Assembly: GCA_963422645.2 (NCBI GenBank)
Contig: CAXXVO010000007.1
Location: 192,001-256,000 of the forward strand
Direction of reading: 5' to 3'
DNA from: Alphaproteobacteria bacterium
GTDB taxonomy: Bacteria; Pseudomonadota; Alphaproteobacteria; UBA828
DNA: 64,000 nucleotides
The notes under the pieces are model-generated. The model searched no databases and was not told where the DNA came from. It saw only the letters and a list, made by a program, of their open reading frames with translations. Position numbers and translations under genes: made by a program. Below are positions 1 to 9,425 of the stretch, one piece after another (within the stretch, counting starts at the first letter, position 1; each line of letters opens with the position of its first letter).

Positions 1-189
1 GCCCATGCCGGAGAGCACGATCCGACCCTGCGTGGCTGCGAGCAACTCGGTGGCGTCCACAAAGCGCCCAGTCAACGCCTCGGCGAGCCGCGCGAGCGCG
101 CGCGATTCCTGGCCCACCACCCGGCGGGCGGCGGCAAGGTCGTCATGCTCGATCAGGTCGAGCGCGGCGGTCGCTGCGGTCGGACTCAC
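1..189 (-). CDS. kdsD: KpsF/GutQ-family arabinose-5-phosphate isomerase, N-terminal part (runs off window)
   Basis: Manual translation from GTG189: MSPTAAT..LAAARRVVGQESRALARLAEALTGRFVDATELLAATQGRIVLSGMG, matching the SIS-domain 'GRxxxxGMGKS' motif; not in ORF track. Confidence 0.8.
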   Translation of the reverse strand, partial: MSPTAATAALDLIEHDDLAAARRVVGQESRALARLAEALTGRFVDATELLAATQGRIVLSGMG

Positions 190-525
190 TGAATTCGAAT
201 TTTGTCCAAAACGTGGCAAGCATGATGCGGACGGCGCCGCCCGTCAATGAATTGTGCCGGTCTTGGAGCCATGCAAGGGCGCACAACCCCACATATTGTA
301 TGCCATGTGTGATATAGCGACCGGCCACGCTTAGCACCCGACGGCGCGCCTCCATTGCGCGTGAAATGGCGAGCCCTTTCTGCCTTCGTCGGCCAGCCAG
401 TTAACCCGCACTTCTCGCTAGGGTCGCGGCCTGCGCGGTACTGTTCGGGGGTCAGCGCAGGAAAGCGGGGCGGTATGCCGTGGGTCAGGGTACGACCCTG
501 CGCGCCGCCGGGCGTCGGTGTTTGA

Positions 526-1905
526 ATGTCCGCTCGAAGGGTATACATGAGGCGATCGAGAGACCCTGCGACGTACAAAGGGACGGAGAACGTGACCCCG
601 GGCGAGCTGATCTACCTGGTCTGGAACGACCTTGTCGGACTCTCACGAACGCGCGGTGTGCCGGCCGCGGAATACGAGCGACGCAAGGATCACGGGCTTG
701 GCTGGGCGCTGGCGGGGCAGTCGCTGACACCGTTCGAGGACATCGCCGACAACCCGTGGGGGCCAATGGATGAGGTGAGGCAGACGCCCGACGACGGCAC
801 CCGACGTCGGATCGTGCTGCAGCCGGAGTATCCGGCCCTTCATCTGGTCCTGTGCGACAGTCTCAACCCCGACGGCAGCCCCTGGGAATGCTGCACGAGG
901 AGCTTCCTGGCTAAGGCGCTGGCCGACTTGAAGACGGAAACGGGGCTTGACCTGCATATCGCGTACGAGAACGAGTTCGGACTGTTGGGCGAAGGACTCG
1001 AGTGGGCAGCGCCCTTCTCGTTGGATGCCGGACGCCGAATCGCTCCCTTTGCCGATCTCTGCGTGGCAGCGCTTATCGACGCCGACCTCGGCATCGAGAC
1101 CTTCGAGCCCGAATACGGCGTGGGCCAATTCGAGATAACGAGTGGGCCTGCGGTTGGGCTTGCGGGCGCGGACCGTGTGGTCCTGACGCGGGAAGTCGTG
1201 CGCGAAGCCGCCCGCCAGTGCGGGCTGCGCGCGACCTTCACCCCCAAACCGGCCCCGGATGCGGTCGGCAACGGCTGCCATCTTCACCTGAGCATTTGGG
1301 ACGACGACGGCAGGCCTGCAGCTTATGACCCCGGATCGCCCGGGGAGCTCAGCACGGTCGCCGCAAGCTTCTGTGCAGGCGCGCAGCGGCACCTCGCCGC
1401 TCTCTGCGCGCTGACCGCGCCGAGCCCCATCTCCTATCTGCGTCTCGTCCCGCACCACTGGAGCTGCGCCTACGACATCGTCGGCCTGCAGAACCGCGAG
1501 GCAGCAATTCGCATCTGCCCATCCCCGGTCGCCGATCCTGCGGCGCGCGGCGATGCCTTCAACATCGAGTTCCGCTTCACCGATGCCACGGCGAGCCCGT
1601 ACCTCGCCATCGGCGCCATCGTTCGCGCGGGGCTTCAGGGAATTCGCGAGGAGCTGCCGCGTCCCACTCTTGTGGACGGTGAACCGGACGACCTGAGTGA
1701 AGACGAGAGAAGCGCGCTCGGCATAAGCAGACTCCCCACGTCTCTTCAGGGGGCTCTCGACGCATTCGGCGAAGACGAGACCGCGAAGGGTTGGTTCACG
1801 CCCACGATGGTGGAGGCCTATACCGCGCTAAAGCGGCACGAAGCGCGTGTCTATGCGGAATCGAGGCCCGAACGCATGTGCGAACGGTATACGCAGGCCT
1901 ATTGA
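526..1905 (+). CDS. Glutamine synthetase-family protein (gamma-glutamyl-amine ligase-like)
   Basis: YENEF, EYGVGQFEI, FTPKP..GNGCHLHLS, NREAAIR and NIEFR motifs; the true start may be GTG592 after GGAG. Confidence 0.85.
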   Translation: MSARRVYMRRSRDPATYKGTENVTPGELIYLVWNDLVGLSRTRGVPAAEYERRKDHGLGWALAGQSLTPFEDIADNPWGPMDEVRQTPDDGTRRRIVLQPEYPALHLVLCDSLNPDGSPWECCTRSFLAKALADLKTETGLDLHIAYENEFGLLGEGLEWAAPFSLDAGRRIAPFADLCVAALIDADLGIETFEPEYGVGQFEITSGPAVGLAGADRVVLTREVVREAARQCGLRATFTPKPAPDAVGNGCHLHLSIWDDDGRPAAYDPGSPGELSTVAASFCAGAQRHLAALCALTAPSPISYLRLVPHHWSCAYDIVGLQNREAAIRICPSPVADPAARGDAFNIEFRFTDATASPYLAIGAIVRAGLQGIREELPRPTLVDGEPDDLSEDERSALGISRLPTSLQGALDAFGEDETAKGWFTPTMVEAYTALKRHEARVYAESRPERMCERYTQAY

Positions 1906-2001
1906 CGGCACTGAACGCGCAACGAGGGCGAGCGCGGTGCGGCCCGGCCACAGCGACGGAAATGGTCGGGCGACCCCGCTTCGACACTGGAGACCAAAGA
2001 C

Positions 2002-2664
2002 ATGCTGCGCAGCGAAATGGATGCCATTCCCCTGGAAGGCGACGTCTCGTTTCGACAACGGGCGGTGGAGCCCGAGCGTACGGCGTTACTTGTGATCGAC
2101 CTTCAAAAGGGCTTCTACAACGAGGAGATACGCGAGCGGGAGCAGGACCGCCGCTACCTTTACGACCGTATTCGCGACGTTGTCATCCCGAACGGGCGGC
2201 GCCTGATCGCCGCTTGCCGGGGTGAGGGTATCGAGGTCGTATACACGGTTGTCGAATGCCTGACACATGACGGCCGCGACCGCGGGCTGGACTACAAGGT
2301 TTCCGGAATTTTCGCCGCCAAGGGATCGTGGGAAGCGGAGGTCGTCGACGAGTTGGGGCCGGGAGACGACGACATCGTCATCCCGAAGACCTCATCGAGC
2401 CTGTTCAATTCGACGAACTGCGATTACGTGCTTCGCAATCTCGGCATCGAATACGTGATGGTCATGGGGATGCTGACCGACCAATGCGTCGAGACCGCCG
2501 TGCGCGACGGCTGCGATCGCGGATTCCTCATGACCTTTATCGACGATGCCTGCGCCACGCATTCGGAGCAGCGCCACCGTGAGGCCGCGCACGGATTCCG
2601 AGGCTATTGTCGGATTCGAACCACGGACCAGCTGCTTGAGGAACTCGGCCAGCATCCGTCCTGA
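2002..2664 (+). CDS. Isochorismatase-family cysteine hydrolase
   Basis: ALLVIDLQ, K..SSLF and TDQCVETAVRD (D-K-C triad). Confidence 0.85.
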   Translation: MLRSEMDAIPLEGDVSFRQRAVEPERTALLVIDLQKGFYNEEIREREQDRRYLYDRIRDVVIPNGRRLIAACRGEGIEVVYTVVECLTHDGRDRGLDYKVSGIFAAKGSWEAEVVDELGPGDDDIVIPKTSSSLFNSTNCDYVLRNLGIEYVMVMGMLTDQCVETAVRDGCDRGFLMTFIDDACATHSEQRHREAAHGFRGYCRIRTTDQLLEELGQHPS

Positions 2665-2789
2665 CCGGCAAGGATTCAGTCGGACCCTTGCACTCCGGAA
2701 CACATGCGCTGCACGACGCGCTTCGCGACTTTCCTGTCTTGTAGGCCGGACAGCGCCGCGCAGGCCACAACCGTGGTGAGAAATTCGGG

Positions 2790-3476
2790 CTACCTACATA
2801 AGGGCCATACCTCGTACCAGGCGTCGCAGCGGAAGTCTGATTCGCAGCGCTTGAGCTGCGCCTCGTAGCGGCTGGCGGTCTCGGCCACGCGCTTCGAGAT
2901 GCGCTGTAGCGCCGGCTTATCTTTCCAGGTGCCTCGCCGGTAGCCCGTGCGGCCCTCGTGATAGGCGAGATAAAGATTGCGCGCGTCGGTCTTGGCGATG
3001 CCGAGCTCCCGCGACGTCCCGTGGTTGTACCAGCCGATGAAATCGAGGGCGTCTTCCATGTCCGACCGGCTGCGCCAGAACGAGCCGCGCTCGTTCGTGT
3101 AGTCCGCCCACGCCGGGTCCTGCGCCTGGGCGTATCCCTTGGCTGACGACACGCGGCCCCACGGGATGAAACCGAGAATATAGGTGCGGGGCGGCCGCGC
3201 ATTGCTCCTGTAGCTCGATTCGTGATGCACGAAGGCCATGAGAACGGGGATCGGCACGTCCCACGTGTCCGCTGCCTCGCGCGCGTAATCGAACCAGTCG
3301 GGATGCTGGTGGAAGACCGCACAAAGATCCTGCTGACGATCCGGAACCGAGGGCGTGCATCCGGCCACCACCAGGGCGAGAAGAAGGGTGGCCACCAGGC
3401 CTGCCCCCATCCACCGCCGGCGGCCCAAACGAGCCGTCAGGGTCGAAAGAACGCCCTCGATCTGCCTGCTCGTCAT
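2790..3476 (-). CDS. Lipoprotein with lytic transglycosylase SLT-like domain
   Basis: Lipobox VVAGC; HHESSY catalytic Glu motif; SSAKGYAQA; YLAYHEG. Confidence 0.75.
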   Translation of the reverse strand: MTSRQIEGVLSTLTARLGRRRWMGAGLVATLLLALVVAGCTPSVPDRQQDLCAVFHQHPDWFDYAREAADTWDVPIPVLMAFVHHESSYRSNARPPRTYILGFIPWGRVSSAKGYAQAQDPAWADYTNERGSFWRSRSDMEDALDFIGWYNHGTSRELGIAKTDARNLYLAYHEGRTGYRRGTWKDKPALQRISKRVAETASRYEAQLKRCESDFRCDAWYEVWPLCR

Positions 3477-3488
3477 CGGCGGGGACGC

Positions 3489-4646
3489 TCACATCATGAC
3501 GATTCGGGGTTGGGCGCGGCCGGCGCCGCTCACCGCTGAGGTCGCCTTGTCGATCAGGCCGGCTGCGATCTGCCGGTAGGATTCGGCGTGGGGGCTCTCG
3601 GGTCGGGTGACCACGATGGGACGGCCCGAATCGGATGTCATCCTGATCTCGAGGTCCAGCGGAATCTCTCCCAGGAAGTCCACACCAAGCCGCAGCGCGG
3701 TCTCGCGCGCGCCGCCATGGTGAAAGAGCTCGGCCCGGTGGCCGCATTCGGGGCAGATGTAGTAGCTCATGTTCTCGACGACGCCGAAGATCGGCACATT
3801 GACCTGCTGGAACATGTTGATGCCCCGGGTCACGTCGAGCAGGGCGATGTCCTGCGGGGTGGACACGATGACCGCGCCCGTGAGCGGCACCCGTTGCGCC
3901 ATGGTGAGCTGCGCATCGCCGGTGCCGGGCGGCAGGTCGCAGAGCAGAACGTCGAGCTCACCCCAATCGACGTCCCGCATCATCTGTTCCAGCGCCTGCA
4001 TGACCATCGGCCCGCGCCAGATCATGGCGGTGTCCTCGGCGACCAGGAAGCCGATGGACATGCACTTGATGCCGTAATTCGCCATGGGGCGCAGCGTGCG
4101 CTCGCCCACCATCTCCGGCTGGCCGCTGAGATTGAGCATGCGCGGGATCGAGGGGCCGTAGATATCGCAGTCGAGCAGGCCGACTCGGACATTCTGGGCG
4201 GCCATGGCCGTAGCGAGGTTCACGGCGGTGGTCGACTTGCCGACTCCGCCCTTTCCCGACGCGATGGCGATGACGCTCTTTACGCCGGGCAGGAGCTGTT
4301 CGGGCTGCTGCGCCCGCGTCTGAGCCTGCCCGCCGTGAGCGTGCCCATGGCCATGGGTGTGGCCCTGCGCGTCGCCATGCGGCTGCCCGCCCGCGGGTCT
4401 CTCGGCGGTCAGCACGGCCGTCACGGACAGTACGCCCGACAAATGCTCGACAGCGGTCTCGCACGCCTTGCGCAGCGGCTCCTTCGCCGCACCCTGGGCC
4501 GGGTCGACCTCGAGCGCAAAGCCGACATTGCCGTCCCTGACCACGACTCCGCTGATCAGGCCGCCGGCAACCACGTTCTGGCCGCTGTCCGGATCCAGGA
4601 CGTCCGCCAGCGCCGCCAGAACCTGATCCTTGGTGACTGACGCCAT
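3489..4646 (-). CDS. apbC: Mrp/NBP35 Fe-S cluster carrier ATPase (ApbC)
   Basis: SGKGGVGKST, WRGPM, DLPPGTGD, CPECG; N-terminal FeS-assembly domain; His-rich linker; start set at ATG4646. Confidence 0.9.
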   Translation of the reverse strand: MASVTKDQVLAALADVLDPDSGQNVVAGGLISGVVVRDGNVGFALEVDPAQGAAKEPLRKACETAVEHLSGVLSVTAVLTAERPAGGQPHGDAQGHTHGHGHAHGGQAQTRAQQPEQLLPGVKSVIAIASGKGGVGKSTTAVNLATAMAAQNVRVGLLDCDIYGPSIPRMLNLSGQPEMVGERTLRPMANYGIKCMSIGFLVAEDTAMIWRGPMVMQALEQMMRDVDWGELDVLLCDLPPGTGDAQLTMAQRVPLTGAVIVSTPQDIALLDVTRGINMFQQVNVPIFGVVENMSYYICPECGHRAELFHHGGARETALRLGVDFLGEIPLDLEIRMTSDSGRPIVVTRPESPHAESYRQIAAGLIDKATSAVSGAGRAQPRIVMM

Positions 4647-4777
4647 CGTTCCACTCCGAGCGGGTGGTCCCGGCACAACGAGACGACAAATGCGTACTCG
4701 CGTCATTGCGTGCCGAGACCACATGACTTATAAGGCGCTCATGATGACTTGCAAAGCCTTGGGAGAAAGGCTGATCC

Positions 4778-5908
4778 ATGCCCTGGTCTAGCCAAGGCGG
4801 TGGAGGCGGCTGGCAAAGCGGCGGCGGCAATAGCGGCCCTTGGGGGCGCTCGCCGGGCGGCGGCGGCCGGCGTGGCGGTGGGCAGCAAACCCCACCGCCA
4901 GATCTCGAAGAGATGCTCCGGCGTGGGCAGGATCGCTTCCGCCGATTTATGCCGGGTCTGCGCGGGGGCCGCGGCCTCATCTTGCTCCTCATCGTCGTGC
5001 TCGGCATCTGGCTGCTGACCGGTTTCTACCGCGTCGAGCCCGACGAGCAGGGTGTGGTGCTGCGCTGGGGCGAGTGGACCCAGACCACCCAGCCGGGCCT
5101 CAACTATCATCTGCCCTGGCCCTTCGAGACGGTTCTCTTGCCCAAGGTGACGAAGATCAACCGGGCCGAGATCGGCTACCGGACCCTGGTCGATTCGCAA
5201 CGGGGGGCGTTCACGCGGCCGGTGCCGGACGAGAGCCTGATGCTCACCGGCGACGAGAACATTATCGACGTGAAGTTCACCGCCTTCTGGCGCATCCGCG
5301 ATGCCGGCCAGTATCTGTTCAACATCCAGTCGCCGGATCGCACGGTGAGGGACGCGGCCGAGAGCGCGATGCGCGAGGTGATCGGCAAGACCCGCCTGCA
5401 ATCCGCCCTTGCCGAGGAGCGGTTTCTCCTGGCCCAGCAGACTCACGAACTGACCCAGTCGATCCTGGACTATTACGGCGCCGGCATAGAAGTCACCCAG
5501 ATCGAGCCGCAGGACATTGCACCGCCGGACGCGGTGATCGCCGCCTTCCGTGACGTGCAGGCCGCACGCGCGGACCAGGAGCGGGCGAAGAACGAGGCCG
5601 AGTCCTACCGCAACGACATCATCCCGCGTGCACGCGGCGCGGCGGAACGCCTCGTGCAGGAGGGCACGGCCTACAAGGAGCAGATCGTCGCCGAGGCCCA
5701 GGGCGAGGCGTCGCGCTTCGTAGCGGTCCATGTCGAGTACGCGCAGAACCCCGACGTCGTCCGCCGCCGCATGTATCTGGAGACGTTGGAAGAGGTGCTC
5801 GGCGGGCTGGACAAGATCATCATCGATTCGGGCGGGGAGGGCTCTTCCGGCGTCGTGCCCTACCTGCCCCTGCCCGAGCTTCAACGCCGCCAGGGCGGCA
5901 CGCAGTAG
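4778..5908 (+). CDS. hflK: FtsH protease modulator HflK
   Basis: MPWS..GPWG..PPDLEE N-terminus, MLTGDENI, SPFH domain; paired with hflC. Confidence 0.95.
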   Translation: MPWSSQGGGGGWQSGGGNSGPWGRSPGGGGRRGGGQQTPPPDLEEMLRRGQDRFRRFMPGLRGGRGLILLLIVVLGIWLLTGFYRVEPDEQGVVLRWGEWTQTTQPGLNYHLPWPFETVLLPKVTKINRAEIGYRTLVDSQRGAFTRPVPDESLMLTGDENIIDVKFTAFWRIRDAGQYLFNIQSPDRTVRDAAESAMREVIGKTRLQSALAEERFLLAQQTHELTQSILDYYGAGIEVTQIEPQDIAPPDAVIAAFRDVQAARADQERAKNEAESYRNDIIPRARGAAERLVQEGTAYKEQIVAEAQGEASRFVAVHVEYAQNPDVVRRRMYLETLEEVLGGLDKIIIDSGGEGSSGVVPYLPLPELQRRQGGTQ

Positions 5909-5914
5909 TAGGCC

Positions 5915-6832
5915 ATGAGCACCCGACTCAAATTCATCATCGGCATCGCGGTCGTCCTCGTGGCGATCGTCGTGATTCTGATCTCCACCTACAAGGTGCG
6001 TGAGGATCAGCAGGCGATCCTCCTGCAGCTCGGCGAGCCCATCAAGGTGGTGAACCAGTGGGGCACGGACGAACCGGGGCTGCGCTTCAAGACGCCCTTC
6101 GTCCAGAACGTCGAGTATTTTGAGAAGCGGGTTCTCGACTTCAACGCGCCGGCGGAGGAGATGATCCTCGGAGATCAGAAGCGGCTGGTCGTGGACGCCT
6201 TCATCCGCTACCGGATCATCGATCCCCTGCGCTTCTTCCAGTCCGTCGGCAACGAGGCGGTGGCCCGCGCCAGACTCGGCGCCATCCTCAACGCCAGCAC
6301 GCGGCAGGTGCTGGGCACGGTCGAGCTGATCACCGTGCTCTCCGGCGAGCGCGCCCAGCTGATGACCGAGATCAGGGACCAGGTGAACCGTCAGTCCACC
6401 GGCTTCGGCGTCGATGTGATCGATGTGCGCATCCGCCGCGCCGACCTGCCGGAGGAGAACAGCCAGGCCGTCTATCAGCGCATGCAGACCGAGCGCGAGC
6501 GCGAGGCGAAGGAGTTCCGGGCCCAGGGTGAAGAAGAGTCGCAGCGCATCCGCTCACGCGCCGACCGCGAACGTGTGGTGCTCCTCGCGGAGGCGGAGCG
6601 CGAGTCCCAGATCCTGCGCGGCGACGGCGACGGCGAAGCGCACCGGATCTCCCGCGAGGCCTATGGCCGGGACCCCGAATTCTACGCCTTCTACCGGGCT
6701 ATGCAGGCCTATCGCGAAGCCCTCGGGGACTCCGATACCTCGATGGTGCTGTCGCCGGACAGCGAGTTCTTCCGTTACTTCGGTGAGATATCGGGCAGCC
6801 AGGCACCCACCGCCCCGGCGACGCCTGAGTGA
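5915..6832 (+). CDS. hflC: FtsH protease modulator HflC
   Basis: DQKRLVVDAF, RMQTERERE, DPEFYAFYR, LSPDSEFF. Confidence 0.95.
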   Translation: MSTRLKFIIGIAVVLVAIVVILISTYKVREDQQAILLQLGEPIKVVNQWGTDEPGLRFKTPFVQNVEYFEKRVLDFNAPAEEMILGDQKRLVVDAFIRYRIIDPLRFFQSVGNEAVARARLGAILNASTRQVLGTVELITVLSGERAQLMTEIRDQVNRQSTGFGVDVIDVRIRRADLPEENSQAVYQRMQTEREREAKEFRAQGEEESQRIRSRADRERVVLLAEAERESQILRGDGDGEAHRISREAYGRDPEFYAFYRAMQAYREALGDSDTSMVLSPDSEFFRYFGEISGSQAPTAPATPE

Positions 6833-6893
6833 CGCGCCCCGGCCGCGGGCCGGTGCAAGGCCGCCCCCACGGCCACCCCCCTACGATCCGGCT

Positions 6894-7088
6894 ATGAACG
6901 ACGGGCTCACCGCCTTCCTGACCGCTATCGGACTCATCTTCGTAATTGAGGGCGGGCTTTATGCACTGTTCCCGGAGGCCATGCGGCGCAGCATCGCGCG
7001 CGTACTGGCGCAGCCTTCGGGCCGGATCCGCGCCATAGGCACGGGCGCGGCGTTGGTGGGCCTCCTGCTGGTCTGGCTCGTCAACTAG
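6894..7088 (+). CDS. DUF2065 small membrane protein
   Basis: MNDGLTAFLTAIGLIFVIEGGLYALFP; typical position after hflC. Confidence 0.85.
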   Translation: MNDGLTAFLTAIGLIFVIEGGLYALFPEAMRRSIARVLAQPSGRIRAIGTGAALVGLLLVWLVN

Positions 7089-7127
7089 GGGCACGAAGCC
7101 AGCTGTGGAGAGGATGGAGGGTAGCGG

Positions 7128-8348
7128 GTGAGCAAGAGGCTCTTGGCCCCCTTTGCGGGACTTCGCGTCGCGCCGGACCATGCGGGCGCGGTGGCGGCAC
7201 CGCCCTATGACGTGCTGTCTAGGGCGGAGGCGCGCGCTGCGGTGGAGGGCCGGCCGTGGAGCTTCCTCCACGTTTCCCGGCCGGAGATCGATCTGCCGCC
7301 CGAGACGCCCGACGGCGCGTCAGCGCTCTACCACCGGGCGGCGGCAGTATTTTACCGGATGATCGAGCAGGGGGTGCTCATCCGCGATGCGTCGCCCCGC
7401 TTCTTCGCTTACCGCATGGCGAGCGAAGGTCGCACGCAGACGGGGCTCGCGGCTGCCGCCTCGCTCCCAGCCTACGAGGCGGGCGCGATCAAGCGCCACG
7501 AATCGACGCGGCCGCCCAAGGTGGAGGACCGCGCACGGCACATCGCGGCGTTGGGCGCGCAGACCGGCCCCCTGCTCCTGATCCACCGGCCGGACGAGGC
7601 GTGCCGCCGCCTGATCGGGGCGGCCTGCGACGGGCCGCCGCTCTGCAGCGCCCTGCTCGACGGTGCCGTGACCCACACGCTCTGGCCGATCGAGGGCGCA
7701 GACGAAATCGCGGCGCTGGCCGCGCGTTTCGACGCGCTCGCCGCGCTCTACATCGCCGACGGCCATCACCGCGCTGCCGCTGCTCACATGGCGGCCCAGG
7801 CAGCGGGAGGGCCGGCCGGCCGCATGCTCACGGTGTGCTTCCCCGCCGACGAGGTGCAAATTCTGGATTATCATCGGGTCGTGCGGGGCCTGAACGGCCT
7901 CTCGCCCGACGCCTTCCTTCGCGCGATCGGTGAGACGCTAAGCTGCGACCCGGCGGACGGGCCGGTGGAGCCCGCGCAACCGGCGCAATTCGGCATGTAC
8001 GTGGCGGGCCGCTGGTATCGCCTTAGCGCGGACAGTCTGACGCCCCCACGCGGCTCTGTGGTCGACCGTCTCGATGTTTCGCGCCTCACGCACCTGGTGC
8101 TCGCGCCGATCCTCGGTATCGGCGATCCCAGGCGCGATGGGCGGATCGACTTCGTGGGCGGCGGGCGCGGGGTGGAAGCGCTTGCGGCGGCGGTCGATGG
8201 CGGCAAGGCCTCCGTGGCCTTCTCGCTCCATCCCATCTCCGTGGACGACCTCATGGCGGTCGCCGATGCCAGCGCGATCCTGCCGCCGAAAACCACCTGG
8301 TTCGAGCCTAAGCTCGCCGACGGACTGGTCTCGCTGCCCCTTTCCTGA
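7128..8348 (+). CDS. DUF1015 family protein
   Basis: APPYDV, IKRHE.T, YIADGHHR, PPKTTWFEPKL..GL. Confidence 0.88.
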   Translation: MSKRLLAPFAGLRVAPDHAGAVAAPPYDVLSRAEARAAVEGRPWSFLHVSRPEIDLPPETPDGASALYHRAAAVFYRMIEQGVLIRDASPRFFAYRMASEGRTQTGLAAAASLPAYEAGAIKRHESTRPPKVEDRARHIAALGAQTGPLLLIHRPDEACRRLIGAACDGPPLCSALLDGAVTHTLWPIEGADEIAALAARFDALAALYIADGHHRAAAAHMAAQAAGGPAGRMLTVCFPADEVQILDYHRVVRGLNGLSPDAFLRAIGETLSCDPADGPVEPAQPAQFGMYVAGRWYRLSADSLTPPRGSVVDRLDVSRLTHLVLAPILGIGDPRRDGRIDFVGGGRGVEALAAAVDGGKASVAFSLHPISVDDLMAVADASAILPPKTTWFEPKLADGLVSLPLS

Positions 8349-8350
8349 CG

Positions 8351-9307
8351 GTGCCGAGGCACGCTCCAGTCGAAGACGGACCCTTGATCCTGGTGATCGG
8401 CGGCCCGACGGCGAGCGGCAAGTCGGCACTCGCGGCCGATGCCGCCGAGCGCCTCGGCGGTGTGGTCGTCAATGCCGACAGCATGCAGCTCTACCGCGAT
8501 CTGCCGATCCTGACGTCGTGCCCGGACGAAGCGCTCCGCGCGCGTGCGCCGCACCGCCTCTACGGCGTGCTCGACGGCGCAGAGCGCTGCTCGGCTGGCC
8601 GCTGGCGCAGCATGGCGATGGCCGAAATCGAACGCATCAACGGGGACGGCGCGCTGCCGATTCTGGTTGGCGGGACGGGGCTTTACCTGCGGGCGCTGCT
8701 TGACGGCCTGGCGCCGGTGCCGGCGATTCCCGAGCTTGTGCGCGAAGCGGTCCGCACGCTCTATGAGCGGGAGGGCAGCGTCGGCCTCCATGCGCGTCTT
8801 GCCGAACGCGACCCGGAGGCCGCCCGGCGCCTCGAACCCGGAGATAGCCAGCGCGTGATGCGGGCCTACGAAGTGATCGAAGCCACCGGGCGCTCGCTGC
8901 TCTCGTGGCAGGCGGAGCGGCATGATCGCTACCCCGGCCGCGCGGCAGTGCTCGTCCTCGAGCCGCCGCGGGATGCGCTTTATGACGCCTGCAATGAGCG
9001 CTTCGAGCGCATGATGGCGGCAGGCGCGCTCGACGAGGTGGCGCACCTGCTCGCGCGCGCTTTGGATCCTGCCTTGCCGGTCATGAAGGCGGTGGGCGTC
9101 CGAGCCCTGCTCGATCACTTGAGCGGTGTCGCCAAGCTGGAGCGTGCGGTCGCACTCGGCCGGCAGGCGACACGGCGCTACGCCAAGCGCCAGACCACCT
9201 GGTTCCGCACCCAGATGCCGGACCAGGCTCGTATGCCAGACCGTTATCGCCCGGAATCGAAACGGGAATCTCTCGCCCTCGTCGAACGCCTGCTATTGAC
9301 CGGCTGA
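8351..9307 (+). CDS. miaA: tRNA dimethylallyltransferase
   Basis: GPTASGKS, NADSMQLY, VGGTGLY, YAKRQ.TW. Confidence 0.95.
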   Translation: MPRHAPVEDGPLILVIGGPTASGKSALAADAAERLGGVVVNADSMQLYRDLPILTSCPDEALRARAPHRLYGVLDGAERCSAGRWRSMAMAEIERINGDGALPILVGGTGLYLRALLDGLAPVPAIPELVREAVRTLYEREGSVGLHARLAERDPEAARRLEPGDSQRVMRAYEVIEATGRSLLSWQAERHDRYPGRAAVLVLEPPRDALYDACNERFERMMAAGALDEVAHLLARALDPALPVMKAVGVRALLDHLSGVAKLERAVALGRQATRRYAKRQTTWFRTQMPDQARMPDRYRPESKRESLALVERLLLTG

Positions 9308-9425
9308 GGGCGAAGGACTACTGTCCGCCCTCCAAACACGGGTGCGTACGCAGGCGCACCGCGGCGGGCCGGCCGACCCTGATGGAAGGGTGGGCCGCTT
9401 GCGCTTGTTCGGAGGGGAGATCGCC

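Noticed and set aside
284-302. CCCCACATATTGTA resembling an NrdR box
   Set aside because: Single imperfect copy and no nucleotide-reduction gene nearby
400-500. GC-rich stems and CTAGGGT upstream of the GS-like gene, suggesting a ykkC/guanidine riboswitch
   Set aside because: The conserved 3' ykkC motifs are absent and the stems are explainable by high GC
4330-4385. His-rich linker in Mrp
   Set aside because: Common in alphaproteobacterial ApbC
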